A DNA stretch of 35,363 nucleotides. Source: Circinaria calcarea (taxonomy: Eukaryota). Location: positions 1-35,363 of the forward strand of contig JAVECS010000033.1 of assembly GCA_051942165.1 (NCBI GenBank), in the 5' to 3' direction. The notes beneath the pieces are model-generated. The model had not been told where the DNA came from and made no database searches. It saw only the letters and a list, made by a program, of their open reading frames with translations. Made by a program: the position numbers and the translations under genes. This document shows positions 23,621-35,293 of this stretch, one piece after another. The first letter of the stretch is position 1. Each line of letters starts with the position of its first letter.

Positions 23621-26600
23621 TTACCACGCTCGACCTCTACCTTGGTCGTAATCTGCTAGTCGTAGCTCCTGCGTACAGTTAGTATTGTATACCGACATCC
23701 AGGGGAGGTTAGGGTGTTCACTTCAAAGGAAAGTCCTTTGTACCTTTCCATAGCGCTAATGCTTTGGAAGTTATCAATCTGGGAACTGTTAGGCGCATCG
23801 CTTTCTCTGTAAGCTTGGAACGGAACGCTACCGGTCCCTTGCAAGCCACCGTGTGATCTAGGTTTGGTACTCTTGAGACCTCCGAATAATCTAGGAATGT
23901 CTTCTCCCCCATTCACGGCTGGTTTCGCTGCCTGCGTAACCCAAGGTGCTGCGAACTTGTAAGGACTGCTACTCTTTCCGTCCACGCTAGATTGCGTAAA
24001 GAGCGCACCACTGAACAAGCCTCCCTGGCGGATTTCCTCATTTGAATTTCCGAAGGAGTTATCACCACCAGAGGATGTCTCATAAGTAGATGACGTTTTG
24101 TCAAGACTGGACCCTTTAAATATGGATGAAGCTGTTGGGAGGACTGTAGATTTCCCTGGAGGAAGCGGACTGAATAACGTTCCAAAACTCGTCCCGCCAT
24201 CGGCTGACGCAAACAGCGCAGGAGGAGCAGGTGACGCGGTAGAGGAGTTAGAAGGTGATGTTGTTTGTGACTTCATCTAAAAGTTAGTGCGGTGATCCTA
24301 CCAAATATATAATAAGTCATTCTAGGCAATCACCTTGGTATTGGCGGACGCTTTCATCTTCTGATTCACTGCTATCACTGTAGTTAGTTTAGAATTAAAA
24401 ACAAATGCAACTCCATAGTATCATACTAATTGGTCGTCTGCGGACGTATCGCTTGCAGGTTTGCAACCCTGCCTCAAGGACCTTCAGTTTCTCCGTTGCC
24501 AGCTGTCGTTCGTTTTGAGCTTCCTCGGGTTCGGCTGCGATCGTCGTAACGAGATTATCATCCATATCCATGATATTAGCTGGCGATAGGATTTCCAGCA
24601 AGCCTTCCATGAGGCAATTCTCGATTGCCAAAGAAGCTATGTTGTCGATCAGGACTTTCAGAGCAACCTACGTAAACATACTTAGTATCACAGTGTCCGC
24701 GCAACCTCATACCTTGCCGAGGAGACAGCTACCTCCTGTGCACTAGAGATAGAATTGATTCACTGTGCTAGTATTCTTGATAGTTTTTAGATGTTGAATG
24801 TACATAACTCTATGCACCGGCGATGCAAGACCAATGCACAGAGGTAGTCGTGATGGACAAGGAGTGGGAAGGAGAGCCAGCCATACCTTATAATAAGCTT
24901 GCATGCAATCAACAATTTCTGAACAGGCATAAAGATCCATATCCTCCTCGGTCCGATGAGTTAATGAAGAGATGAGTTTGCGAACCGAGTCAGGCGATAC
25001 GATAGATCCAAGGTCGATGTTCATGGGCGGGGTTTGCGGGTTAAAGCCGTAATGGGCATATAACCTTTGAGTCATGTCTTTTTCAGATCGTTCTTGGCGA
25101 GCTTTCTGAATAGTATCGGTAAAATAGTGATTATATGTCACAGGATGGCCTCTCCGGTGCGGTGCGAGAATCTGTTCGAGCTTGCTGTTAAGCTGCGAAA
25201 GCTTTTCCCTCATAAACGGATCGATGACCTGTGCTTGAAGTGAGGCACATGTTCCATCATCAAGCAGTGTAGATAGGACAAGCTCCAGTAGTGTCTTTGA
25301 GGCTTCCCAGATCTGTTGGATATGCTCCCCGGCAAGCACTTGCCACGGTTCCGCTTGTACGTAGAATAGATCACTGATCAAAAGAGGGTTGAAAGTCCCT
25401 GGAAGTTCCCGTCCACGGTTCCTTTTCATCATGTTGCTTACCTCACGGATGTAGTCTGACCGGGATATCTCTCGAGGTCGAGGTACGTTACTCGGCAAGT
25501 AGGGTGTTCTATTAGACTTGAGATTGTCGCTGGTGTCATCTATGATGTCTAACCGGTGACCGTTCGTAGCCATCAAAACGGAGAACTCAGTGTTAAGATT
25601 CTGGATAACGGCGCGAAGTCGCTTGGAATAGCCTTCGTCTGAAGAGGAATCACCAAAGAAGCTATCACTGTAATCGCCATCGGTAGCTGCCTTCACAAGT
25701 GATTGAAAACGCTGACTAGTGCGCATGAGAAAGGTTCTCTGCTCCTTCACCGATGCCCGGCTTTTACCCAGGTGAGACAGGCGGTGTTCGCAATCTTTGA
25801 TTCCGCGCTCGATGTCATCAATAAGTGCTGGCAGTTCTGTGGTGATATGTTCGAGTAGAACCCTGCTTAGGCGTCCTCGCAGCGAGTCAATGCCGACAAT
25901 TTTCCGAGGAAGTGCTTGCCAAACCCCTTGAGCGAAAAATGCGGTCTCAGCCTCGTCCCGCAGTGCTGATGATACGTCCTTGGTGTCAAAATCCCGATTC
26001 CTTAGCACATGCCAACCTAGGTGGAATTTGATATTGTCGTTCTTTGCAAGCTCCAGAAACGTGAGCTCGCTATTTGACCCAGGATGAAGAGTATCGGGCT
26101 TTGTGATAACCCCCAGCGTCCTCGAGCCTTCGGGGTCGACGGCTCGCGCCATTGTGAGAACGATCTGGTTGGAGATATCATTTTTAGCTGTAACAACGGT
26201 CAGAATGATGCTTCTTTGGTTCTCCATGTAGCTCTTGACAAGCTTCGTGACAAGTTTTACATCAGCCTCCGTTTGCTGTTTGCCCTCCGAATGGATGATC
26301 CCAGGTAGATCGACGATGGTCAGTTGGGGTAGATTCGGACCAGATATCTCAACACGTAGCACGTTGTCGCTAAATGCACTAGATTTCGATGAAAGGATTT
26401 CAGTCTGTGCTGCGTCGACCAGACCCGCGAACTGTTCTAGAGTCGTGTGGGGTGACTTGAAATTCGAAAGTCGCTTGCGTTCTTCGTCGTTGCAGCTTTT
26501 GCCCGGTATGATAGTAACACAAGCATACTCTACAGCTGCTTTACGGAGGACAACCTCCGTGGCGAAGCGGGTGCAGAGCTCATCTTTGGTGGGAAACTGG

Positions 26601-26791
26601 ACTCGGGACAAAGCTTCAAGGACAGAGCTTTTGCCGGATGACTGATCTCCACAGACAATTATTTGTGGAAGAGACACGTCAAAGTGACTAAGGCCCTGGG
26701 AGCGTAACCGATCAATATCGTTTAGAAGCTCTACTTGACCTTTCGATTCGAGGGAGTTGAGCAAGGTGCTGTCAGTCTCTGTTGTATTCAT
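23621..26791 (-). CDS. Mx-like/dynamin-family GTPase (GTPase-middle-GED) with a C-terminal FG-like tail and Nup98-type GLEBS motif, about 930 aa
   Basis: Exons 26791-24887, 24667-24427, 24377-24334, 24276-23722 and 23668-23621 total 2793 nt with no internal stop. Motifs G1 GDQSSGKS, G2 LCTRFAT, G3 DLPG, G4 TKPD, RGRELPGTFNP and GED YYKVALKVLIDNI. The tail ends FQSISAMERYKGLSFE/ELRLADYDQGR. Confidence 0.85.
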
Positions 26792-29470
26792 TTTCGGAGA
26801 TTTGCTGGGTGACTTTTCGACTTTGGAGGATACTAAAAGCGCGAACAATCTTGAGAGTGAAAGAGACAAGGAGGTGCTGTTAAGAGGAACGAAGGGAAAG
26901 CTTGATATGAAGCTTTCAATCTTCAATGATTGTGGGACGACAGAAATAAAACAAGAGGTAGAGTATCTCAGGATTGGCAGCTCGTTTCGCAAGGCTCTCA
27001 GGTGTTAATATCCATTGCGAGAGGTGCCTTTCACGCCACAATCTATTTCAGAGCTGTACGATCCCGGGGAGAATCAGAGCGTTTAACCCGTGCCACCAAC
27101 GGAACTCTCAGAACTCAAAGCCGGTCACCATGTATTCACATACCATTGGCTGCGTGCCATGTTGGTTGAATTTGACTGTTTAAGTTCAGTTGAATGTAAA
27201 ATGAACACTGTGGCTTATCTATCACGGCTTATTGTTGAAATTAGGTACGGATCGTGGGGAGTTAGAAATAGAGCAGCGGTAAAGGAAACGCGTTATGGTA
27301 CGGCGTCGGCCGCACGGACCCACATGACTTTCCCGTGGGGCTCTCAAATCTCCCAGCACCGATAATTGTATGGGCAGCCATTGGACTCGGGATAATTATG
27401 AGAAGACGAGAATAAAATAGGAAAGTATTGTGTTACACAACTTTGCCGACTTACGATAATCTCCGGTGGAGCGTTGAGATCTTATGACCCCACCGCTTCA
27501 CAGAGTACTTTGTACAGTCGAGGGAAATGAGGCTAGTATGATCTTGGCTACAGGCACGATACTGTTTGGAATGCAAACAAAGTCTGTCCCCAGTCACGCA
27601 GTTGCTATCATTACATTATTCTAGGGTACTTGACTTGAGAAATGGCTACAGCTAGCTGGTTAGACATCAACAGGTTAAGCCATATCAAACCCACGATATA
27701 ATCTGGTACCATTCCCTGTTCCCTTCTTCTCCCTTGCTATTTCATGATTGTCTAACTAATCTATCCTCCAAAATCACTAGCTTTGCCCGAGTCTCAGCTC
27801 TCGATACAGAAACACTAAGAACCTTCCGGGCGTCCCTACCTTTCTCATTGAAGTAATCACAATCCGAGAGCACCTGTCCAGTGGGACGGCAAGCTTTCCA
27901 TATTATACACATTAAGATACAAGACAGTCTCCGCAACATTGGGCAGTTTCATAATACCTCAGGGACCAACGGCGAATGGTGCCCTAGAAATGGCCAAGCA
28001 GAACATCGCAAAGCTAGAGAAGGGCATGGGAAAAAATACAACGCCCTTGCCAAAATGTAATTCCTAGAAGCAATGACTAGAAGGCAGGAAGCTAATATAC
28101 ATGGTGCTTTGAGGATTTAAGCGGTATATCGGGAAGATGAAGCAATAGTGGGTAGATTGGTAAAGAAGGGAAAGAAGATAAGCTACAAGAAAGGCAGTCT
28201 GATAGCGGCTTACATGGTAGCGAATCACGCGGGATACAGGATCTCCGAGGTGATGTATACTGTATGTCTGTGCCTCCATCCTAGGCTATTTATATCATAT
28301 GCCTCGAACCTATTCCTCAAAAATCTCAACAAATCACCCGGAGACGATATCCGGTGAGTACGGCCGCATCTGTTGTTTCACTTGGAATACGGTATCTCGT
28401 ACAACTCGAGAGTAAACGCCAAGGTCAATTAGATTACAAAACCTTTTCAGGGGTTGGAAAACTACCTCTAAATCCTGCTGCTAGGTTAAGGATAAAGGGC
28501 GGTCAAATATCCATCATGCCGAGCCTCGGTTCCAACCGAGGGGGGAGTGGCTCTAAAATTCAGGGTAGCATGGATGGTTAGGGTGCTGGGACATAGGTCA
28601 CTGGTCAAGTGCGCTGATCCATAGAGCAATAGCCTGCAGCAAGCTTATTCATACAGAATCTCCCGAACTGACGGTCTCCTTCATTACAGTTTCCCGGTCT
28701 CATCGACGCCCACGGAGCGGATCCGTTGAGAAGATTTGAGGTGTATCAGGCATGCAAAGGCTCTACGCTATAATCCTTATGCAGCACCATTTCTTAGCCG
28801 TACAATGTATGCCGTATCTGTGCATTTCTTTATGGCTTATATGACATTCGCTCGGGATTTGGAGAAGGTTTTCCGAGGCTGCGACCTCACATCCCCACAT
28901 AGCAGTGTGCATCTCATCTACGCCTTTAAAGCGCATAAAGTATGCGAAGAGGGATCCAATAATCAATTTTGACAAGGATGGTGTTAGTATCGAAGTTGAC
29001 GTGGATTCAGTTTGCATGCAGCATTTTGGTGCCACATGTGTATGTAGCGGGGGAGGAGCTGGGATAGCACGCTACGCCGTAAACAGTTAACAGTACGAGC
29101 TGTGGTTTGCGCTTTATCAACGGTTGGGAATGCCATTTTACCGGGCCAAGCGGGTGCATACTTTGTGCATGAGTTATTTTAAAGTACAGCCTCACCAAGA
29201 TTATCTTGTCATTAATCAAAATGATTTGTGTCGGTTTTTCTTTAAGTCGTAAGGCCCGTTTAGCCGAGTTTTTTAGACATAGGCGCATAGTTGTCTGGCC
29301 ACTACTCTGCAAAGATCCAAGGATAATCCCATAAAAAAGGTTATTATTTCATTACGACAGCAGGGATCATTATTGTACTAGCGGCTACTAGGTGTTGTGA
29401 CCGGGAATAATTATTTATTGGACCATTAAAAGGACGCACTGTTCTCTAGGACCATTCGCCTTCCGATAAT

Positions 29471-29601
29471 ACTGACCAGCTGCACTGTGCCATTTGCCTA
29501 CTAACGGTGCTGACAAGCTGCACTGTGCCATTTGCCTACTAACGGTGCTGACAAGCTGCACTGTGCCATTTGCCTACTGGCGGTACTGACCAGCTGCACT
29601 G
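29471..29601. repeat. 38-bp minisatellite, about 3.4 copies
   Basis: Unit GCTGCACTGTGCCATTTGCCTACTAACGGTGCTGACAA repeated head to tail with few mismatches and no spacers. Confidence 0.92.
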
Positions 29602-29979
29602 CCACGACCTGCAGCTTACCAACCACCTCCCTCGAAAATTATAAGGGCTTAGCTGGCAGAGTAGACCCCCAATCTTCATGCAACACATCATTCAGGCACA
29701 AGCCACCGAAAATACACCTTGGTACTAGAATAGTGCCAGGGGATTAATAGGCGTTCTAATGCACTCTACAATGCAAGGACTTCTAGTCCCCATCACAATA
29801 TGGCTGAGTACTGTCAGCTCATTATATCTGACGGTCCCGGGTTATCAAATTATCAATTCGATGCATGGGATTGTTGAGCTCTCAATCTTCTATTGCGAAC
29901 CAAATATATAATCTAAAATCCCATATCATTAGTACTAGCTTTGCTAGCACAGCTCTACCGACAACCTGAGTTACCGAAC

Positions 29980-31497
29980 ATGGATAACTCCAGCTCCAAG
30001 CTTGTAGAAGGCTTGCCACCTTCACCAGGCGTGATTCCGAACTCTGTCAACCCTTACTCTCTTCAGTCAGGAATCATTGCAACTGCTGTGCTTTGTCTTG
30101 TTCTCACAACAACCTCCTCGGTCTTACGAGTATATACAAAGTGCTTCATTATCAAGTCCTCTGGATGGGAATATTGTACGCAACTGTGGCCCATCAATTT
30201 AGGGCCACCTGCTAACCTACGGGGCTAGATACTTTATATATCGCGCAGGTAAAGCCCCTTTATAAGTTTTCTCTAGTCAGCTAAAAATGGTTCCTTAGTT
30301 GGGTTACATACCAGTGGTCGCGGTCGGCCTGTCCACATTGAAATACGGCGCAGGTATTCATCAATGGGATGTACCGTTGGAGAACCTAATGCCCTTCGCG
30401 AAGGTATATATATTTCGACTTCCAATCAACTAGAGAATGAAATAGGCGAAAGATAACAAGACTGATGAAAGCCGTTAAATATAGTTGGGAATTGTTATGC
30501 AACTTTTATACCCGCCTGTGATATTCGTTACGAAACTGTCTATTTTTTTTACAGTTCATTCGGATCTTCATCCCTCACCGCTCCAGCAAATCGTTTTACG
30601 TCGTCCAAGCATTTATTTGGATTAATCTTCTTTGGTTTACTGCAGTGTTTTTGGTTACAGTGTTTCGATGCACACCAAGAAATAAGGCTTGGAAGCCACA
30701 TCTGCCCGGACGATGTGTTAACTATGATCTTTATATAGTTTTTACTGCTGTATTTGATATGATCTCGGATGTTTCTATGCTGTTACTGCCTATGGCCTGG
30801 ATTTGGAGGCTGCAGATGTCCCAGTCTCGAAAGTTAGGTGTTACTGCGGTTTTCGCTGTTGGTATATGGTATATCTCCTTCCCTTTTCATCAGCTTTAAA
30901 CGTATGATGGAGGTTGATATTAAGGCCGAGAGTTAACTTCTTATAGCGCCTGTGTTACTAGCATCCTACACCTGGTTTTTAGTATCGGAAACATTGGCAG
31001 CAAGGACGTAACATATACATTGGTCCAAGTGGGTTTATGCACGTACGTGGTTCTCTATATTTTAATGCTTCCTTTACGAAACAGCTCTACTCACAGTTCT
31101 TAGGACCGCAGAAATTGCCAGTGGCATCTTATGTGCGAACCTACCCGTACTGCCTCGTTTCTTTACCCACTTTGGCCCTAGAGTTGCAAGCCAATTTCGT
31201 GGTAGTTATGTGGGGAAACTCTTAGGCACTTGGACTAAATCTTCTGATGGCAAATCAGGAGGGCTTATAGCCTCCTGGAGTAAACCTCAAGAACAGTCAC
31301 CGAATGGCGGATATTTGGAACTGAGCGAACTCCGTATGCAAGATCAGCCGCTAAAAACTGGCACTACAGGAGTAACAGTCTCTCTGAGCAGAACGACTAC
31401 TGTGGAGGAGCGAGCAACACCCACAACCTACGATTTGGAAAGTTGCGCCTTGCCTGGAACCAGAGGGACAGTACTGCTTAACCAAAGGGGTGGTTGA
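29980..31497 (+). pseudogene. Second Pth11-like integral membrane protein; single +1 frameshift in a T8 run (pseudogene or sequencing error)
   Basis: Same five intron positions and motifs as 14632-16159 (GLPPSPGVIPN, GWEYY, HQWDVP, TKLSI, FRCTP, SDVSMLLLP, EIASGILCANLP). The T run at 30543-30550 has 8 T, but IFLQFIRIF needs 7. Confidence 0.8.
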
Positions 31498-32808
31498 TTA
31501 GGATCTAAGCCTAGTAAAAGGAGATGGTGAGCAACCTGTGTAATCGATCTATCCTCAAGGTTTCATTGGTTTACGATACATTTCTTGTTGGAATGTAGTG
31601 GAAAGTGCTGGGTTCATGCAGAAGTTCTGAGATTCAGCGTGCTCTATGCAGAGCATTCCCGCAGGTTTTTTTTTGGAAACCTTTATTCATTCATTTGCTG
31701 CTCCACATCAAGTGAGCAAGCTATAGGGTCATGACTCTCATAACTAGGGCCATAAGCCCATAGCAATTCGATAGCTTCGGCTCATTCAATTACTCTTTTC
31801 AATGCTCAGGCACAACGTGATCAGAAGCACTTCATCATTTGTGAATTTCCATGAGTTGAATCCTTCCCCTTCACCCCACTATGTCTATAAGTTAGAGATG
31901 GATGAGGACTGTAAGGGGCGACTCTTAGGTTGTAAACTAAGAACGTAATGATGGGCTTTGAATGACTAGAGCCCATGATGAATTTAGGCCCTGTCAAATA
32001 GAAAGGCCTCTCAGGAGTTGTACCAGGGTTACTATCACATCAGATGCTGTAGAACGTGTTTTTTTGCGAGGGATAGAAATCAACGTAGGTAGTCATACCT
32101 CTATCCCCGCTACCAACAGTTCTGGGATAGTCCTGTACGGCTCAACATCCACTCTGCTGATCCGGCTGAGACTGTCATGGCAGATTCCCTGCAGATGCAC
32201 TCTGTTCTCTGCCCCGCAAGTGGCACATCAAGGCGCACATGGACAATATGGTTGGGGCGATGCTCTCCGAATGCATTGATACTCCTTGACTGCTAACGTA
32301 CCCAGACAAGGCTACGCCTTAACGCCGCCCCGGCGCAGCACCTCTACGCTCGACGCTATTTGCTGTCAACGGCGCCACCAACAAGGCGATCCCATGCAGG
32401 TGATGCGCTTTAGCGAGCCATGTCGGCCATCATCCCTTGTCCTCTTTGCTGTGCCATAGACATGACGATCTCATGCAAGTGAATTGCTTCGGCTATTCAT
32501 GGCTACGTTCTGCCTTTGCTCTCCACGCCCTCCACCAGCGCCATACCTACGGCAAAGATGGCTCACTTTGCCCTGATCAAAATATAGAACTGCATACTAC
32601 CTATGGTATCGCCGTAAATAATATATACCTAATGGATGGGGCCGGGGATCCTTGCCGAAAAATGCTCCATAGAGATTTGCACGCCTAAATTGTCCCACTT
32701 GCGATGCGTTAGTTTCTCCAGATCGTATGCAATCAAGCAGCGTTTCGTCGTTCGAGTATTTGCTTGAGAGAAACCTATGCTGGAAGTCACTACTATATTT
32801 ATAGAAAC

Positions 32809-34461
32809 ATGGACTCTCCTATCTGTCTTATCTCCTTCTTGGGGCCTTTGTTGCTGCTATCTCACATCGGCTTTACCAATAAACCTCAATCCATAGAAGG
32901 GCGCCAGAAGCTCATTCAGCAATATGGCTTCAAACCCTCAACCAAATATCCCTATACCGACCCTCTCTTTGCTCTTGACGCCATCAAGGCTGGTATAGAC
33001 GCGGCCAAGTTCAAACCCTAATTGGAGCGGATACAACGTCAGTACCTGCTTTGTGGAAAGACATTCTCCTCGAAGCTCTTGACCTCACAGACGGTCCAAA
33101 TAATTGAGCCAGAAAACGTCAAGGCCCTATGACCACTAATTTTATACACTACGAGATCGGTTCGACGCGAAAGGAGGCTTTCTTCCCACTCCTGGGAAAC
33201 TGCATCATCCTATCTAATAGGACACAATGGGAGCATCCTCGAGCTCTAATCCGCTCGAGCTTTGCAGGAAGTCACGCTGACGACCTTCCTATGCTCGAGG
33301 TCCATCATCAATCTTATCCAAACTCTGCCACGCGATGGATCCATGGTCAACTTGGGAGACTCTTTCCCGCGCCTAACCGCAGACATCACCACTGACGTTA
33401 TGTTCCACGAGTCGATACAGTTGTTGGAATAAACCGAGTCCCTCCAAAGCGATTTTGCGAGAGCCTATCATGAGGCCGAGGTCGGGGGTGAGGATCGGCG
33501 GCGTCTAGGACGGCTCATCAGATTGTTTCTCCGACGCAGGTTTTACGAAAGTGTGCGAGAGGTGCATTCCTACATTGATGGCTATATTGACCGAGCTACC
33601 GCGTCGCGTAAGCTGCTGGACTCATAACAGTCCTCCAATGGAGAGGTCAAGGCCGGGCAGAGACATACCTTCTTCTCGGACATCTACAAGTTTACAATGA
33701 CAAACAGACCCTTCGAGAGCAGCTCCTAATTATCTTTTTTTGCGGAACGAAACACCACCGCAGGTCTGTTGAGTAATTTGTTCTTCGTTATTGCAAGGCG
33801 GCCCGCTGCTTGGCAGAAGTTTCGCGCGGAAGTGGACGACCTCCACGGCGCGAAGCCAACATATGAACAGCCCAATGTATGAGACATACCCGATATTGTC
33901 TCAATGAAAGTGAGTTTCTGTGGCTTACCTCCTCTACATAGCCTTAGTGTTGCAGCTTTTTGTCTCCACAGAGAGAGCGTTAACCTTGCTTCATACAACA
34001 GTACTTCGTCTATACCTCGGAGTCCTCTGCAACTCTAGGATAGCGATTTAGGATACCATTCTACCTCTAGGTGGCGGCGCCGACCAAAAGACTCCCGGTT
34101 TCATACCGGCAAAGATCAGGGTTACTTTCCATCTCAACGCACTACATCGACGCACAGACCTTTGGGGCGAGGGTGCTAGCGACTTCCGCCCTGAACGATG
34201 GGTGAACGAGTAGAGCTCGTGGGTAAGGACTTGCTTCGAAAACCTGCTGGTATGTTTAGAGGGCTCCTGGTTGACCGTTTGCACAGAACTTCTTGCTCTT
34301 CCACGCTGGACCAAGAAACTGTATGGGCCGTAAGTAATTAACCTCGTCCAGTCGAGTTTGCCATCACTGACGGCGGCCCTATCCAGAGCAATTTGCCATT
34401 ATCGAACATTGTCGAAGCTTTGTATGCCGTGATACGGCTAGCTCAAGAGCTCGAAAGCATC
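32809..34461 (+). pseudogene. Heavily degraded CYP52-clan cytochrome P450
   Basis: Motifs YPYTDPLFALD, IIEPENVKA, RKEAFFPLLG, FAERNTTAGLLSNLFFVIARRP, VLRLY, DTILPLGGG, FRPERW and FHAGPRNCMG. Many stops (e.g. 33019-33021) and frameshifts, and the 3' end is missing. Confidence 0.87.
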
Positions 34462-35196
34462 TCTGCCGCTGCTTGCTATCCTACGCAACCGTCCATTCTC
34501 CTCCTCTCACTTTCCTCCTCTCCTTTCTCCCTCAGCCTAACTAAGAACCCCCCTCACTTCCCCTTCCATCACATCCTTTACCTCCTTCTACCCCAATAGC
34601 CCAGCACTAAACACCAAAACACCAGCCAGCAAGCCATCTACTGCGCGCGCGAGGAGCAACCAACGCCACACTAGCCATCCATGTCCGCAACAGCTACTAT
34701 CATGTCACATATTCTCGAATCGCGTTGAAGCTGGTGGGTCGCGTGGTCCTTTTTTCGTCTAGACTTTGGACTTGGGGGATATGGAAGTTGGGGGGGTTTG
34801 TGGGAAAGGGGGTAGAGAGAGGGAGTGGGAAAACTAAAGATAGAAAAGTGATGGAGCGTTTGTGTAGTCGAGGCGGACGATGTAGTTCTTAGGGATGAGT
34901 GCGGATCTTGGGACGAAAGAGGGAGCAGGGCGGTGGCTTAGGTAGGGTACGCCGGTACGATTGTTACTTTGAGGTTGGGCTTGGATTGGGATACTCTTCA
35001 GCTATTGATTGTGTTGTTGGTATTCCATCCTGTTCTCGTTCCTACCGTTGGGAAATGTGCCAAAGGAGAAGAAGAGAAGGAAGGAAAGGGAACGCTAGAT
35101 CCAATAAAAAAACCTCCCTCGTTGATGAAGAAACTTGATGGGCAAAACCTTTTGGTTTTGGGTCTCTCCTCGTCCTTTTCGCCTGCTAGGCTTCCC

Positions 35197-35293
35197 AACA
35201 TCCAAAACATCCAAAACATCCAAAACATCCAAAACATCCAAAACATCCAAAACATCCAAAACATCCAAAACATCCAAAACATCCAAAACATCC
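35197..35293. repeat. Perfect 9-bp tandem repeat (AAAACATCC)10 plus a partial unit
   Basis: Directly visible in the sequence. It creates the spurious MFW/DVL repeat ORFs in the track. Confidence 0.95.

Noticed and set aside
23621..24276. Bona fide NUP98/sonB gene
   Set aside because: Far too short, with few FG motifs, no autoproteolytic domain or Nup96 part, and in-frame splice linkage to the dynamin.
26792..26992. 68-aa N-terminal extension of the dynamin ORF
   Set aside because: It begins at a non-ATG codon. The first ATG (26791, context AAAATG) sits just before family homology starts.
29091..29440. MITE with CAGT-starting inverted ends
   Set aside because: The inverted match is short and imperfect, and the TA duplication is not convincing.
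29471..29601. CRISPR-like array
   Set aside because: The units are contiguous with no unique spacers, there are no cas genes, and the context is eukaryotic.
31910..32039. Possible solo LTR (TGTAAGGG...TATCACA)
   Set aside because: Flanks do not form a target-site duplication, and the element is short and single-copy here.
5613..34480. Starship giant transposon
   Set aside because: No DUF3435 tyrosine-recombinase captain gene or recognisable termini in the window.
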